Source: Eledone cirrhosa
Lineage: Eukaryota
Direction: 5' to 3'
Assembly (NCBI GenBank): GCA_964016885.1
Contig: OZ024742.1
Span: 171,182,001 to 171,246,000 of the forward strand
Length of the DNA stretch: 64,000 nucleotides
Shown: one piece after another, positions 1 through 14,174 of the stretch
Numbering within the stretch: position 1 is the stretch's first letter
Layout of the letters: each line of letters opens with the position of its first letter
Position numbers and translations under genes: made by a program
Notes under the pieces: generated by a model
The model's input: only the letters and a program-made list of their open reading frames with translations
Database searches by the model: none
Told to the model about the DNA's origin: nothing

Positions 1-35
<35 letters not shown>

Positions 36-127
36 CCAAAGATTAATATGGTTCATTGATTACTCAATGAACACAGTTTTACAATAGATTAAAAGCACTG
101 AACAGTGAAATATTCCTGGAGTGTTAA

Positions 128-383
128 TATTATGCAAAATATTAACAAATGAAGATATTCACATAATCAAAATATATGCTTTATTATATATATTTCTAAG
201 GTACTCTGTTGTTTTATTTCCAATACGGGAATTGAAATATCAAGACCGTAGAGGTATGTCATATATCAAATTATCTGACGAAGACGTACTGGAAAAAAAA
301 CAACACAGTACCTTCGAAATATATATAATAAAGCATATATTTTGATTACGTGAATATCTTCACTTGTTGATATTTTGAATAAT
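128..383. repeat. Fold-back inverted repeat (~100-bp arms) of an HHR-bearing Penelope-type terminal module
   Basis: 128-227 is an imperfect reverse complement of 285-383; flanked by (TA)n. Confidence 0.85.
271..331 (+). ncRNA. Type I hammerhead ribozyme motif
   Basis: TTAT-CTGACGA-stem II (GTACTG/CAGTAC)-GAAA-TATATA-TA-ATAA; palindromic stem III; stem I extends via ATCAAA/TTTGAT. Confidence 0.7.
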
Positions 384-393
384 ATATATATAC

Positions 394-460
<67 letters not shown>

Positions 461-533
461 ACAAAGGAATTGTGGTAAGGAACCACATGGACCATAACGC
501 ACCAGAGTATTCAATACTTAGGGTAGTAGAGTG

Positions 534-645
534 GGAAGTATGACCCCGACGGCAGAGCTCAAGCCGTTTCGACGGCTATTTCTGGACTAAATTAGAATGT
601 TTACCCTGGTGAATAAATAGCCGAACTTTTCAAGGGGGTACTTCC
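534..645 (-). ncRNA. Type I hammerhead, U3-A8 core variant, GUC cleavage triplet
   Basis: Minus: GGAAGTA-CCCCC-TTGAAAA-G..CGGCTATTT...AAATAGCCG.C-GAAA-CGGC...GCCG-TC-GGGG..TACTTCC. Confidence 0.75.
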
Positions 646-1328
646 TTCTATGGGAAGATTGTAGTTGTCAAGAGGATTGGTTAAAATTTGTTGTAAACAC
701 AAATAAGTCTATCATGGCATTTGGTGGAAGGTAGGGGTGGCTGAACTTGCCTGTAGAACAATAGGGGAGTGACAAGAGCGGTCAAGCGTTGAAAGTGATA
801 TGTATACAGCAGATTCTGAGGATAGAGTATGAAGTGGAGGAGGGAGGTGATAGAATAGGTAAATCGAATGAGAGTAAGAGACAATAAAAGATAATAGAAA
901 TAAATAAAAAAATATATAAAATTAAATAGTGAGAAATGAATAAAAAAAATCACAATGCTATCTTACAATTACAGGTTAATAAGTTGAGAATAAAAAAAAC
1001 TTGTAGAAATAGAGTAGTACCAGAACTGATACAGAATTAAAGGGGTTTAACACGTCTGCTATAAGTAGTTAGTAAAACGTATTCGGCCAATTCTATCTTA
1101 AGATTACAGGGGTGGGGGAACTGATGCTACAGAGGCCCGATGGGCTGCATCGGGGTAGGCGAGGGGAAAAGCAGACGAGGAAGAAAATAGGGGGTGGAAG
1201 GAAGTGATAGGATGAGACAGGGGGAAGAAGAAGACAAAGAGGAAAATAAAAGAAAAGAGATACATCTACCTAAGTAAGCTGGGGTTTCCCCTAACTTATT
1301 CGGCAAGTAGGAGGGTATCAGCCCTTGT

Positions 1329-1797
1329 CTACCCACCTGGGTCGTTATGGGTTTTGAGGACGAGGTAAGTCCTACCCAATCTGTGTTCGCATGCGGTTAC
1401 CAGTTCGTCTTTCTTGTTTAGGAGTTGGTCCTTTGATAACAGCTTTTGTAATGTTTCCTCCGAGCATAAGTTACACGGACGGCATCCTCCCGTGTAAAAG
1501 TTAGCTTTGGACAGAAAGCTCCAAGTGAGATTGTAGGTTATATTATTATCTTGGAGGTCCCAGATGTGGCCCGAAAGTGTAGTGGCATGTCGCCGGAGCG
1601 GGTTTCAGAAAGTATGTCAGTGTTGGTAGAGCCGGGTCTTGAAGTCACACGCGGTTAATCCTATATAAGCTTTGTTGGAGGTGTCCGTCCTCACGTTGCA
1701 CTGGTAGATCACGTTACGTTCTCGGCATTTGTTGTTGAGAGGGCACGTAGATCTATCAGGGCAGTTACACCTCTTGGACGGCTCTCCACTGATGTCT
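1329..1797 (-). pseudogene. Penelope GIY-YIG endonuclease remnant (frameshifted)
   Basis: CNCPDRSTCPLNNKC..VIYQCN..KAYIG..CNLC..LLNKKDELVTACEHR. Confidence 0.85.
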
Positions 1798-1874
1798 AGG
1801 CTAAAAATTCTAATTTAGTCCAGAAATAGCCGTCGAAACGGCTTGAGCTCTGCCGTTGGGGTCATACTTTTTCC

Positions 1875-1929
<55 letters not shown>

Positions 1930-1989
1930 GCAATTGGCAAATAACTACATGTATCACCTATCCCTCCTTCTCTCTCTCGATACGTAAAT

Positions 1990-2027
<38 letters not shown>

Positions 2028-2035
2028 CCTCTTCA

Positions 2036-2905
2036 TATATACAGCAGCACAGACTGCACTACAGCAATGAAGAGGCGGATTTTCAGGTCTCTACGAAGGT
2101 CCGACTTCCACACCGATCTCAAGCTGTGGCACGCCGCCCAGGCCTTGCTCTTCCTCTCAACCACATCATCTTCCGTATTCCCAATCTTTGCTCCCAAATA
2201 CAGGAAGTCCTCAACCAATTCCAGCGGCCTCCCGCCTACATTAGTGATCCACTCTGGATCTCAACATTCTCTACCAGATATTTTGTTTTTGTCTCATTCA
2301 TTCTCAGCCCCACACTCATCGACACAGTCTCAACCTCCCGCATCAAAACCTCTGCCTCCTTCACTGTATTTGTCACCAAAACTATGTCGTCGGCAAATTC
2401 AGCATCCGATACCTTTTTCGCCCTAACTCTCCTGCTCTGAGCCGGTGCTACACTAAAGCCAGAGTCCTGGTGTTTCTCCAGTGCAAGGCGCATACAATAG
2501 TCCATTACGATGATAAAAAGGTAGGGAGCCAATGTATCTCCCTGGAACACTCCAGCCAGTATCTCAAAGAACTCTGTCATCCCATCAGGTGTAATGACTT
2601 GGGCTTTGGTGTTGGTGTAGAGCAGTGATATCAGGTCCACTATCTTCTTGGGGATTCCATAAGCCTGTAAGATGGTGGATGGGTGCTACACGAGAATGCT
2701 GAGGATGGCTCTGAACATTGCACTCAGTGCTCCTGTGGGAGCCCCATACATGGACACACTAGAAGAGGAAGACCAAGGTTAAAGTATGTTGATGCCCTAA
2801 GGACAGACACTGGTCTGTTGGAGATGCAGGACATGGCAGCGATAATGAGGGACAGAGACCGCTGGAGAGAACTCGTCCATGGATCTCGGGAATTTTACCC
2901 GTCTT
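2036..2905. mobile_element. RTE-clade LINE fragment with 5' inversion (RT on minus 2036-2673; 3' end on plus 2672-2905)
   Basis: ILQAYGIP..GVFQGDTLAPYLF..EFADDIVL..FLYLG..SVLLY on minus; [31 protein letters not shown] on plus. Confidence 0.9.
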
Positions 2906-2977
2906 AGATAGATATATATATACATATATATATACATATATATATACATATATATATATATATACATATATATATAC

Positions 2978-3058
<81 letters not shown>

Positions 3059-3129
3059 GAGGTTATATTTAATTTGTTGGGATTCAACAAGCTTAAACAT
3101 TTTTATAACTGATATAAAGCACTCAATAT

Positions 3130-3292
3130 CAGGAAGCTCCAACCGTTAAGGTTGTCTTTTTTTCCGGGTATGTCAATATTTATTTATAAAACAAATCTGT
3201 ATTTTATCTGATGAAAGCGCACCATAATTTCCCTTGGTTGCCCTTGAAATATGTAAAATAAAATAAATATGGTTTTATAAATATAGTTTCCA
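3130..3292 (+). mobile_element. HHR-module family A copy; degenerate HHR 3200-3265 (U16.1 replaced by A)
   Basis: Matches 12955-13116, 20405-20575 and 61370-61552; TATTTTAT-CTGATGA...GAAA-TATGTA-AA-ATAAAATA. Confidence 0.7.
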
Positions 3293-3293
3293 T

Positions 3294-3476
3294 TGGATTG
3301 GCAGTATTGGTAGAGAGTCAGACGCCATGCTTTCTAGCATAGTTACGTCCCTTTACGATCTGAGTTCAAATCCCGCCGAGGTTGACTTTGCCTTTCATCC
3401 TTACGGGCTCGATAAAATAAAGTACCAGTAATGCACTGGGTATTTGCTGGCCTTGTGCCTAAAGTAGAAACAATTA
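3294..3476 (+). mobile_element. tRNA-derived SINE family 1 (CORE-like domain)
   Basis: A-box-like TGGCAGTATTGG, B-box GAGTTCAAATCC, GCCTTTCATCCTTACGGG..GATAAAATAAAGTACCAG; many copies in window. Confidence 0.85.
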
Positions 3477-3484
3477 ATATATGG

Positions 3485-3516
<32 letters not shown>

Positions 3517-3714
3517 TTTTTTCTCGCGAGTAAGTTCTTTCGTTGCTACGGACCGCGCGGCTGATCTAGCGGTCGCTATCTTCAATTTGCTAAGCCCTTT
3601 AATCTGTATGTTATTACTCTGAGATTTTATACCTTGTCGCGTGCTTGGCTGCACTGCTGAATGCATTCGTCGGCTTAGCTGCGGCTCGAGCTTCGATTAT
3701 GCTGTACTTACATT

Positions 3715-3825
<111 letters not shown>

Positions 3826-3833
3826 TTATATGC

Positions 3834-3885
<52 letters not shown>

Positions 3886-3934
3886 TTATATGTATATATA
3901 TATATATATACTTATATGTATGTATATATATATA

Positions 3935-4235
3935 TATATTAATAAGAGGAATTCCAACTTTGTCTGATTTACTCGTTTTATTTACAATCCTTTAAAATAT
4001 ATATAATGGTATTATAATGAAATAGTATGATAGAATATTAAATTCTAAGTGTTAATTGTTCAATTAACACTTAGAATTTAATATTCTATCATACTATTTC
4101 ATTATAATACCATTATATATATTTTAAAGGATTGTAAATAAAACGAGTAAATCAGACAAAGTTGGAATTCCTCTTATTAATATAATCTTCTATACACAAT
4201 CATACACACCCGTGTATATTTACCTATCTATATCT
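3935..4235 (+). mobile_element. Near-perfect palindrome (3935-4058 / 4061-4184) of HHR-module family F plus 3' tail
   Basis: The right arm plus tail is nearly identical to 63677-63858. Confidence 0.9.
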
Positions 4236-4249
4236 ATATATATATATAT

Positions 4250-5370
4250 AAGGAGGAGGTTATATAAGGAGGAGTACTCAAACTGAACGGATACACGACA
4301 TCCACCACAAACCGTGCCAGAAAGAACAGAGGACACCACACCCGAGGCACTAACACTTGCTTCCTGAAGCTCCCACACTTCAGTGAAGAAACAACAACAG
4401 CCATCCGCAGAGCCATCAGACGAGAAGGTCTGGATATTCAACTGGCCCATTCGGGTCCTTCTTTGCGTGGACGGCTAGCTAAGAGACACTCCACCAGACA
4501 TGACAACTGCTGCAGACTAGCCAACTGCCCCATCAACGACACAGACCTATGCCACCAGGCTTACGTAGTTTACAGACTAGAGTGTGACAAATGCAACAAC
4601 TTCTACGTAGGTAGCACCACCAGACCACTCCACATAAGAATAAAAGAACACCTCAATACTAACGCTTCCTCATTTAAGAAACACCTAGTTAAATCCAAAA
4701 ACACTGATAAAAACATAACAGTTAGGATAGAAACTAAAGAAAGAAACCTCGGCAATCTTAGAATCAAGGAAGCACTCATTATAGATAGAACACATCCACC
4801 AATCAATAATAGACTAGAGCTCAACACCCAATTTATAACCTGATAGGGCCTCTAGCCCCACTTTACACACCCCACACACACGCACGCGCACACCCACACT
4901 TATTCTCTCTCACACATACACACACAAAACCAGTTCTAACACCAGATAACACCTACCCCCCACTTTTACGATTAGACCTATCTTCCCACACTCACACACA
5001 CACATACCTACACCTTCATGCTTTCTCCCACACACACATATACAGGCACGCATATAAAATTTAAAAAACACAACAAAAACATAAACAAACCCCTCTTAAA
5101 GGGAGACTACTCTTTACCCACCTAATTTTAATTCTTTGATATTAAAGTTAGAACTCTATACTATTTCCGGTCAGCATGGCTTCATTGGAAATTTAAGACG
5201 CTGGTCTGAGACCTTTACTTCCCTCCGAAGAAGAGATATTATCTCGAAAATTAAGGACATTTAAATAAATTCAAGGTGAAAGACGAATTCACATCAATAT
5301 CTCTCACTATTGCATTCTTTTCTCTATGTGCATATCTGCATTGTCTTGGCCTTATTACACATATTCTAAC
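4250..5370 (+). mobile_element. 5'-truncated Penelope-like element with GIY-YIG (ORF 4463-4843) and 3' UTR
   Basis: VVYRLECDKCNNFYVGSTTRPLHIRIKEH..LRIKEALII..PPINNRLE. Confidence 0.9.
5222..5256 (+). ncRNA. Minimal degenerate HHR in Penelope 3' UTR (U4 replaced by C)
   Basis: CCT-CCGAAGA-A-GAGAT ATT ATCTC-GAAA-AT-TA-AGG. Confidence 0.5.
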
Positions 5371-5556
5371 GTTTATATATATATATATACTTATATGTAT
5401 GTATGTATATACTTATATGTATGTGTATATATTTATATATATATATATACGTATATATATGTAAATATATATATATATTTATATATATATATACATATAT
5501 ATATATATAAGTATATATATATATATATATTTATACACATATATATATACAAAGGG

Positions 5557-5742
5557 CGGTGGATTGGCAGTATCGGTAGAGGGTCGGACGCCATGCTTTC
5601 CAGCATAGTTACGTCCCTTTACGATCTGAGTTCAAATCCCGCCGAGGTTGACTTTGCCTTTCATCCTTACGGGGTCGATAAAATAAAGTACCAGTAATGC
5701 ACTGGTTTATTGCTGGCCTTGTGCCTAAAGTAGAAACAATTA
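5557..5742 (+). mobile_element. SINE family 1
   Basis: Near-identical to other family 1 copies. Confidence 0.85.
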
Positions 5743-5743
5743 A

Positions 5744-5777
<34 letters not shown>

Positions 5778-5819
5778 CTTATATGTATGTATACATATAT
5801 ATGTATATACATATATATG

Positions 5820-5886
<67 letters not shown>

Positions 5887-6098
5887 GTATATATGTATAT
5901 ATATATGTATTTATATATATGTATGTATGTATGTCTATATATATATATATGTATATATACATATTTATATATATATACACATACATATAAGTATATATAT
6001 ATGTATATATATATTTATATATAAAGACACACATAAACACACAACACACACCAACATAGCCCCACACATCTCTCTTTTATTCTCTCTCTCTCTTCCTC

Positions 6099-6129
<31 letters not shown>

Positions 6130-6167
6130 TGAGAGAGAGAGGGAGAGAGAGAGTAAGAGAGAGAGAG

Positions 6168-6229
<62 letters not shown>

Positions 6230-6536
6230 AGATAGATAGATAGATAGAGAGAGAGACATTATCAATGTCATCATCAATATTATAGCCATTGTCATCAATA
6301 ATATCATCTTCACCATCTACGACAACGTTCATTGGCCTTTTCTGTTTTGTGACAATCATGTTAGCGACCATCAAATTGATGGATCGTTGAAATAAATCTA
6401 TGAAACAGCTGCTCTAACTTTCAATTATATTAGCTAATGATTAATGACTGACTGAACTATGTCGTGTTGAATTTTCTTCGGTAGCGACGTCGAGTATTCC
6501 ATTTGTTTCATCAACGGAACATTCTGTTCATGAAAT

Positions 6537-6723
6537 TAATTGTTTCTACTTTTGGCACAAGGCCAGCAATTACCCAGTGTATTACTGGTACTTTATTTTA
6601 TTGACCTCGTAAGGATGAAAGGCAAAGTTAACCTCGGCGGGATTTGAACTCAGAATGGCAAGGGCCGTAACTCTACGCGTCAAAGCATGGCGTCCGACCC
6701 TCTACCGATACTGCCAATCCATC
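6537..6723 (-). mobile_element. SINE family 1 with 21-bp target-site duplication, nested in an older SINE
   Basis: CATTCTGTTCATGAAATTAAT at 6520-6540 and 6724-6744. Confidence 0.9.
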
Positions 6724-7170
6724 CATTCTGTTCATGAAATTAATGCGCAAGTAACTGAGCATTTCACAGAGATGTCTACCCTTAACTTAATTCCCAGGGA
6801 GATTCAGCATGTCTCAGTATGTGACAAGGCTAGCGTTTTGAATTACAGGAACATCCCATTGTGTATTATGATGGAAGTGGCTAAGCATTCATCACACATG
6901 TGTAGCAATGATGTAGTTTTGAATTACAGGTTCAGTCCATCTCGAATTTTAATGGAAGTGACTAAGCATTACACACATACGTGTACCCTTAATGTAGTTC
7001 TCATGGAGATTCAGCGTAACACTGTGTGACATGGCTGACGCTATGTATTACTGGTACAAATCATTTTTGTCAGCTGAGTTGACTAGAGTAAAGGCTCTTG
7101 CACAAGGTCACAGATCACCGTCGTACATCGAAATCAAGACCATTCGGTCATGAACCGAATACTCTAACCT
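6724..7170 (-). mobile_element. Older tRNA-derived SINE family 2 (degenerate, internally duplicated)
   Basis: Similar to 28000-28311, 26545-26900 and 12520-12820; ends CGCACCTTCAC. Confidence 0.6.
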
Positions 7171-7824
7171 CTAAATCTCGCACCTTCACAAACTGAATTA
7201 AAGTGTATTTTTATCTCATCATTTGGACGCTGGATTAGTCGATAAGTAGTTCGCTTTTCAAACATGAGGCCCAGGGTTTTATCCCAATGGGTGGCATCTT
7301 GTGCAGCTGGCACTCACCTTAGTGTCTGGTCGACCCAAATGTTGTGAGTAAAATTGGGTGGATGGAAACTGTTTAGAGGCAGATCAGATGGGCTATATTT
7401 GTATCTTAAAGGAGCACCCTGGTTACATACTGTCACGCTGAATATTCCTGAAAATTGCGATAAGGTTACAAGACACGCGGTGACACGTTTTCCGCTTCCA
7501 ACTTAGTCGCCTTTGCCAAAATCTCCGGTACCGCGGCTCGCAATGCAGATGATAGGAAGACAAACAAATATGCTTAAACCTAGAATCAAAGTCAATATTT
7601 GACTTTTGTGGGGATTACATATGAAATGGCTTAGCAACTTCTAGCTATGTCTTCCTTTTTAAACTTATTAAATAAGTTTCAAGGATAATAAACACAACCA
7701 CAAGGAAATGGTCCGAACACGGAAAAGCCGAACTCCCACTGCCATCGCCTCCATCTCTCTCGCCCTCCCCATCTCTCTGTGTGGTGAGCAAATGGGGTCC
7801 CACGTGCTGGCCTCCCCACAGCCC

Positions 7825-8025
7825 CGGCGGACAGGATGGAGAAGGCGTGTACCCGGAGGATGGTAAGGGAGATGCGCTGGAAGAGCCATTCCATCTCGCG
7901 AGGCTGACACCTGTGGCTGGCCAGCTCAGCACCTATGGTGGTGAGTAGAGAGGTAACCCTAGGGCCAAGGGCACCAGAAGTCTCCACTGCCAAGGGCACG
8001 ACCGCAAAGCTGTCGGCTTTCTTTC
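7825..8025 (-). mobile_element. 3' fragment of a CRE-like non-LTR retrotransposon (restriction-like endonuclease C-terminus)
   Basis: VVPLAVETSGALG...WLFQRISLTILR. Confidence 0.7.
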
Positions 8026-8207
8026 GCATTTTGTGCGTGTGTGAGTGTGTGTGTGTATATGTGCTTGCGTGTGTGTCTGTCCGTGTAAAAAAATAATGTG
8101 AAATATCCGGATAAAGTTTTGAGCGTGTTATCCCCAACAAAAGGCAAACTTAGAGATTTAAAGCACGTTTATATATATATGTATATATATATATATACAT
8201 ACACACA

Positions 8208-8294
<87 letters not shown>

Positions 8295-9194
8295 ATAATT
8301 ACAGGCTTGAGAAAATTTATTATATGTATGTGAGATTATGAATACTAAATAGCTGTATTATATATTAAAAGAAAAGATATTTATCTTTCAGATATCCCAT
8401 TGTGATTCTCATTTTTCACTCTCTGAATACTCCCACCCAACCTTTTTTGGCAATCATAAGTTATTCAGTCTTATCTCAGTAATATTGCCTTGCACCTGCA
8501 CGTTATATTTTCATTATATTCTTTGTGATCTATCAACCTTTTTTTCATTTGAGTCTGTTGTAGTTAACCCGTTCAAGACAACCACCTAAATTCTGTTTTG
8601 CATTTAACTCTTTACCTCCTAAAATGATTAATAATTAAATGTTTATAGTAACTTTATTTGTGGGGATATCTTTGCTGTATTAGAATACAAATTTTGCTTT
8701 GAATTTAATGCAGTCGTTGTGATGTTTGGTCTTAAATGTGAAAATTTGCTGTATTCGAGTGAAGCTTTCCATTTTGAATTTGATGCAGTTATAGTACTGT
8801 TTTATCCTGAATTTTTATAATATCTTTACAACTGAACATATTGTGAAATTTACAGTACAGATATTAATATTTAATGTGATGCAGTCATGGCGTCATTTTG
8901 AACTTTTCAAGAATGTCTTGCAAATGTGGTAAACAATGTTAATAGAAAAACAAAAAAACAAAAAAAAATCTGAATGGAGCTGATTATCGGATCGGACTGT
9001 GGAAACAATGATTCTATTGGTTTTTTCTATTGCTACAACTATCTACCGGTCGCAGATATATATTTAATTCATAGTCTCTTTACAAAATATCGAATATATT
9101 TCAAGTATGGTTTCTTCGACAGAGAAAACTGGTTGTTGTTAGATAGTGTTAAAAAGAAACTTTATTAGAAGAGACAGAGCAGAGAGCAAATTGA

Positions 9195-9259
<65 letters not shown>

Positions 9260-9404
9260 AAGAGAGAGAGTTGAGAAGAGAAAAAAAGTAAGAGTAAGAG
9301 GGGTGGCAAATGATGGCATCGGTCACGAAAGGATATAAACGGCTATATTAGGTGTAAGTACAAAATCAAGCATTTGAAATTTCATCTCCCTCTTTCTCCC
9401 CCTA

Positions 9405-9452
<48 letters not shown>

Positions 9453-9670
9453 TATAGAAAGCTAGAACACTGGAAGGTAATATCCGTAGTAGTAGAGCAC
9501 TCAGTCCATGGGACGGGAAAAGGAGAAACAACGTCATGAACGCGCATGCGCAGAAACGATCACTTCTCCCAAGCGATAAAAAACCACAGTCGAAAGATGT
9601 AAGGGATATAACTGCGAATGTTCGGAATAAATTGTTCGAGTTTATTAGAATATTAGAATGCTGATGTTAT

Positions 9671-10470
9671 TTAATCCTGAGCTTTGTAGTTATGCAAGAG
9701 GTGTTTCCAGACGTGAAGACAACGTGAGAAGATTTCATTTCTTGAATTTAGGCAATCGCTATTGCGAAACCTCCTTAGAATATTGATCCTTTCTTCAATA
9801 CACAGTCCACAAGACGGATTACCCCTTGCGTATGGCTTAGACTTAGTGATAGCTTTCCATTGAATGGAGTAGTCTACACCTGAGTCTTTGAGGGATCATA
9901 CGTGGCTCGGGAGTTTCGTGGATGATCGTTTGTCCGGGTACCTAAAGGTCGACTGATGGGTCAGGAAGCGTTCCTTTAACCAGCCCTCCGCCATACCCAC
10001 ATAGGAGTTGACATCCTGTTGTTGGTTTGGTCGGTTGGAAGTGACCACAGTTCCATAAACTACAGTGCATGTGTTGCATTGCTGTTGAAGGGGACAAGCT
10101 TCAGGCTTTCGGCAAGAGCATCCTGGTGGGGTGCCGCTCTTAGGGCTGTGCTGATGTGGGCCTTCATATTCTTTGCGCAGGAATACCCTAGTTTTATTCA
10201 GTGTCTGTTAAAGATGGAGCGGTATTTGTGACCTATGGGAAAGTGTCTATCTAAGAGGGCTAAAATCGTTTTTCCTACATTAGTTTTAACGTTGAGTGAG
10301 AAGGGGGGATATAACCAGATAGTTTCTCTATTGGTACGATTTCTTTTCTTATTGCTGTTGTTGTTAGCGGTTGAGTAAGTAATTGGTTGCGAGAAGCCGC
10401 TGTTAACCATTACCAGTCCGAGTTGAGGATCCGCATAAGGTGAAAGAAGCAATTGTTCTCGGTATGGTGA
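9671..10470 (-). mobile_element. Penelope-like element remnant (linker plus GIY-YIG, with stops)
   Basis: IWLYPPFSLNVKTNVGK..HKYRSIFNRH..CPLQQQC..VVYG..SYVGMAEG..CGLCIEE..LNSRNEIFSRCLH. Confidence 0.9.
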
Positions 10471-10490
10471 ACTAACTGTTGTGTTACTAC

Positions 10491-11616
<1,126 letters not shown>

Positions 11617-11780
11617 AAGAACTTTATAATATATTTACTCCATTCACGCACCACCAGCATGATTCAATATCGAAGATGGATGAGTTGCATAACGTCGAGT
11701 GCTTCACTCGTTTGCATCATTATTAACATTGCAGAATGAATGACCAATTCTAACCAGTGGTAAACCTCCAAATTTAAACG

Positions 11781-11848
<68 letters not shown>

Positions 11849-12241
11849 TGTGTGTGTGTGTGTGTGTGTATGTGTGTGTGTGTGTGTGTGTGTATTTCTG
11901 GAAAAATAGGCAGCAATGTGACGAATGAGGTATTGAAATAGCTACAAAGATATATAAAACTTCAATATAGAATACATATATAAATAGATATCAGTATCTT
12001 TTTGTAAATGCAAGTCACTTATGCATAATTGAACGCATATATTACTTTAAAAATATGTATATCTATATATAGGGAGAGAGAGATATATTTTCAAACTAAT
12101 ATAGAGGTTATATATATATATATTCATATATATACGTGCGTGTATGTATCTGTGCACGCGTGTGTTATTGTGTTGATCATTAAATATTAATATGCCACAA
12201 ATATATAACTATACTTAAATACACACACATCTCCCTCTCCC

Positions 12242-12339
<98 letters not shown>

Positions 12340-12995
12340 TATATATTATGGATATTTAAATATATATATATATATGTACAAGCATACACATGATTACAGA
12401 TATTAATCTCATGTGGAGATAACTAATATCAAACATGAATAATGTTGAATATAACACAAATTAAGACAAGCTATATCTAGAGGCCAATATACAAATATAT
12501 AGCAATATGAAATGGATCTCCTTCGGTTTCAACGATGATTGTTCAAGTTTTTCGATCAACGGAATAGTTTGCTAATAAAATAAGCATTTAGGTGGCGGAT
12601 CATTAAGCAAACACGTGTACCATTAACGTAATTCTCTACAAATTCAGCAAGACACACTGTGTGACAAAGATGATCCTACGAATGGCAAGTACGGCACATC
12701 TGATGGGCTTCCAAACAATTTCCCTCTACTTAATTTCAATCACATGATTTTGCGTGATTCTAAGTTATGGTAAATGTTATTAGCCCCCACTGGCAGATGC
12801 TACACAATGGAATTGAACTCAGGAGCTACTGATCCCTAGGATATATGTACATACAGACATATAAGGTAATAGTTACAGGTCTACATAAAAATATATATTA
12901 ATATATTTTCATTCTGATTTAGAAAGTAATAGAACTACATATATGTATATATATAATATATTAACAAATGGAAACTATATTTATAAAACCATATT

Positions 12996-13060
12996 TATTT
13001 CATTATACATATTTCAAGGACACAAAAGCAAATTATGGTGCGCTTTCGTCAGATAAAATA
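12996..13060 (-). ncRNA. Type I HHR, family A
   Basis: Minus: TATTTTAT-CTGACGA...GAAA-TATGTA-TA-ATGAAATA. Confidence 0.65.
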
Positions 13061-13116
13061 TAATATAGATCAGGTCGCATTCTTTAAGGGTATGTCAATA
13101 TTTGTTTATAAAACTC

Positions 13117-13734
13117 TGTTGAACAAATGAGCAACGATGGTTGCTAGACACTGTACGGCTTAATTCGTGATGTTCGTTTACAAACACACCGAGCATTATA
13201 ATAAATGTTCGGTGAATCCATACGTACATATATATATGTGTGCATGTCTGTATATATATATACATACTACTGTACGTCTGTATACATATATGTATGTACG
13301 TATACATACTTATATTTAAGTAACAGCCGTACTAAGAGTGGGAAATGAAATTTCGTTTCATTTTTTTCCGTTTATCGTTTTCGGTACCCCGGCCGATTAA
13401 CTCACTCGATATGCAAATTAGGCTGCTCAGCCGTTAATATGCATAAGGAAAGTATATACTTTCAGACGTTCAATCATCTGGCAGGAAGGTATACGTTGCT
13501 GACGATAGCTAATAAGCTTGAAACTAGTACAGCGTTCCTTTGTCAGTGTTGAACAAACGAGCAACGATGGTTGCTAGACACTACGGCTTAATACGGGATG
13601 TTTGTTTACAAACACACCGAGCATTATAATAAAGGTTCGGTAAATCCATACGTACGTATATATATGTGTGTATGTATATATATATACATACTACTGTATA
13701 TCTGTATACATATATGTATGTACGTGTACACACT

Positions 13735-13740
<6 letters not shown>
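13117..13740 (+). mobile_element. Partial tandem (~1.45 x 430 bp) HHR-containing non-coding repeat (retrozyme or pLTR-like)
   Basis: 13117-13310 repeated at 13547-13740; related fragment inverted at ~39455-39510. Confidence 0.75.
13493..13535 (+). ncRNA. Type I HHR, intact core, GUA triplet
   Basis: ACGTTG-CTGACGA-T AGCT AATA AGCT T-GAAA-CTAG-TA-CAGCGT; outer stem CTGGCAGG/CTTTGTCAG. Confidence 0.85.
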
Positions 13741-13815
<75 letters not shown>

Positions 13816-13924
13816 GAAAATAGCTAATCATACGGTATATTACATGCACACAATTAAATCAGTGTAAAAGGGAAGGAGATAGGCATAGAGAGAGGTCAGA
13901 GAGAGCGATAAAAAGTGAGTAGAG

Positions 13925-13962
<38 letters not shown>

Positions 13963-13967
13963 CTCTA

Positions 13968-14020
<53 letters not shown>

Positions 14021-14174
14021 GAAATATACATGAGGGAATATATAAATATATATGAGAGAAAGAAGCATATATCGTTTGAGAAATCGTTAGTATTTTTTGT
14101 ACATATATATATAGAGAGAGGTCAAATAATCTGCAGGAAAATATACATACTTTAGAATGGTAAAAAGTTATTTT

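Larger units (their letters stand above)
455..1875 (-). mobile_element. 5'-truncated Penelope-like retroelement: GIY-YIG remnant, 3' UTR with HHR, inverted partial pseudo-LTR at 1803-1875
   Basis: GIY-YIG peptide on minus; 1806-1870 is a reverse complement of ~536-598; (TA)n on both flanks. Confidence 0.85.
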
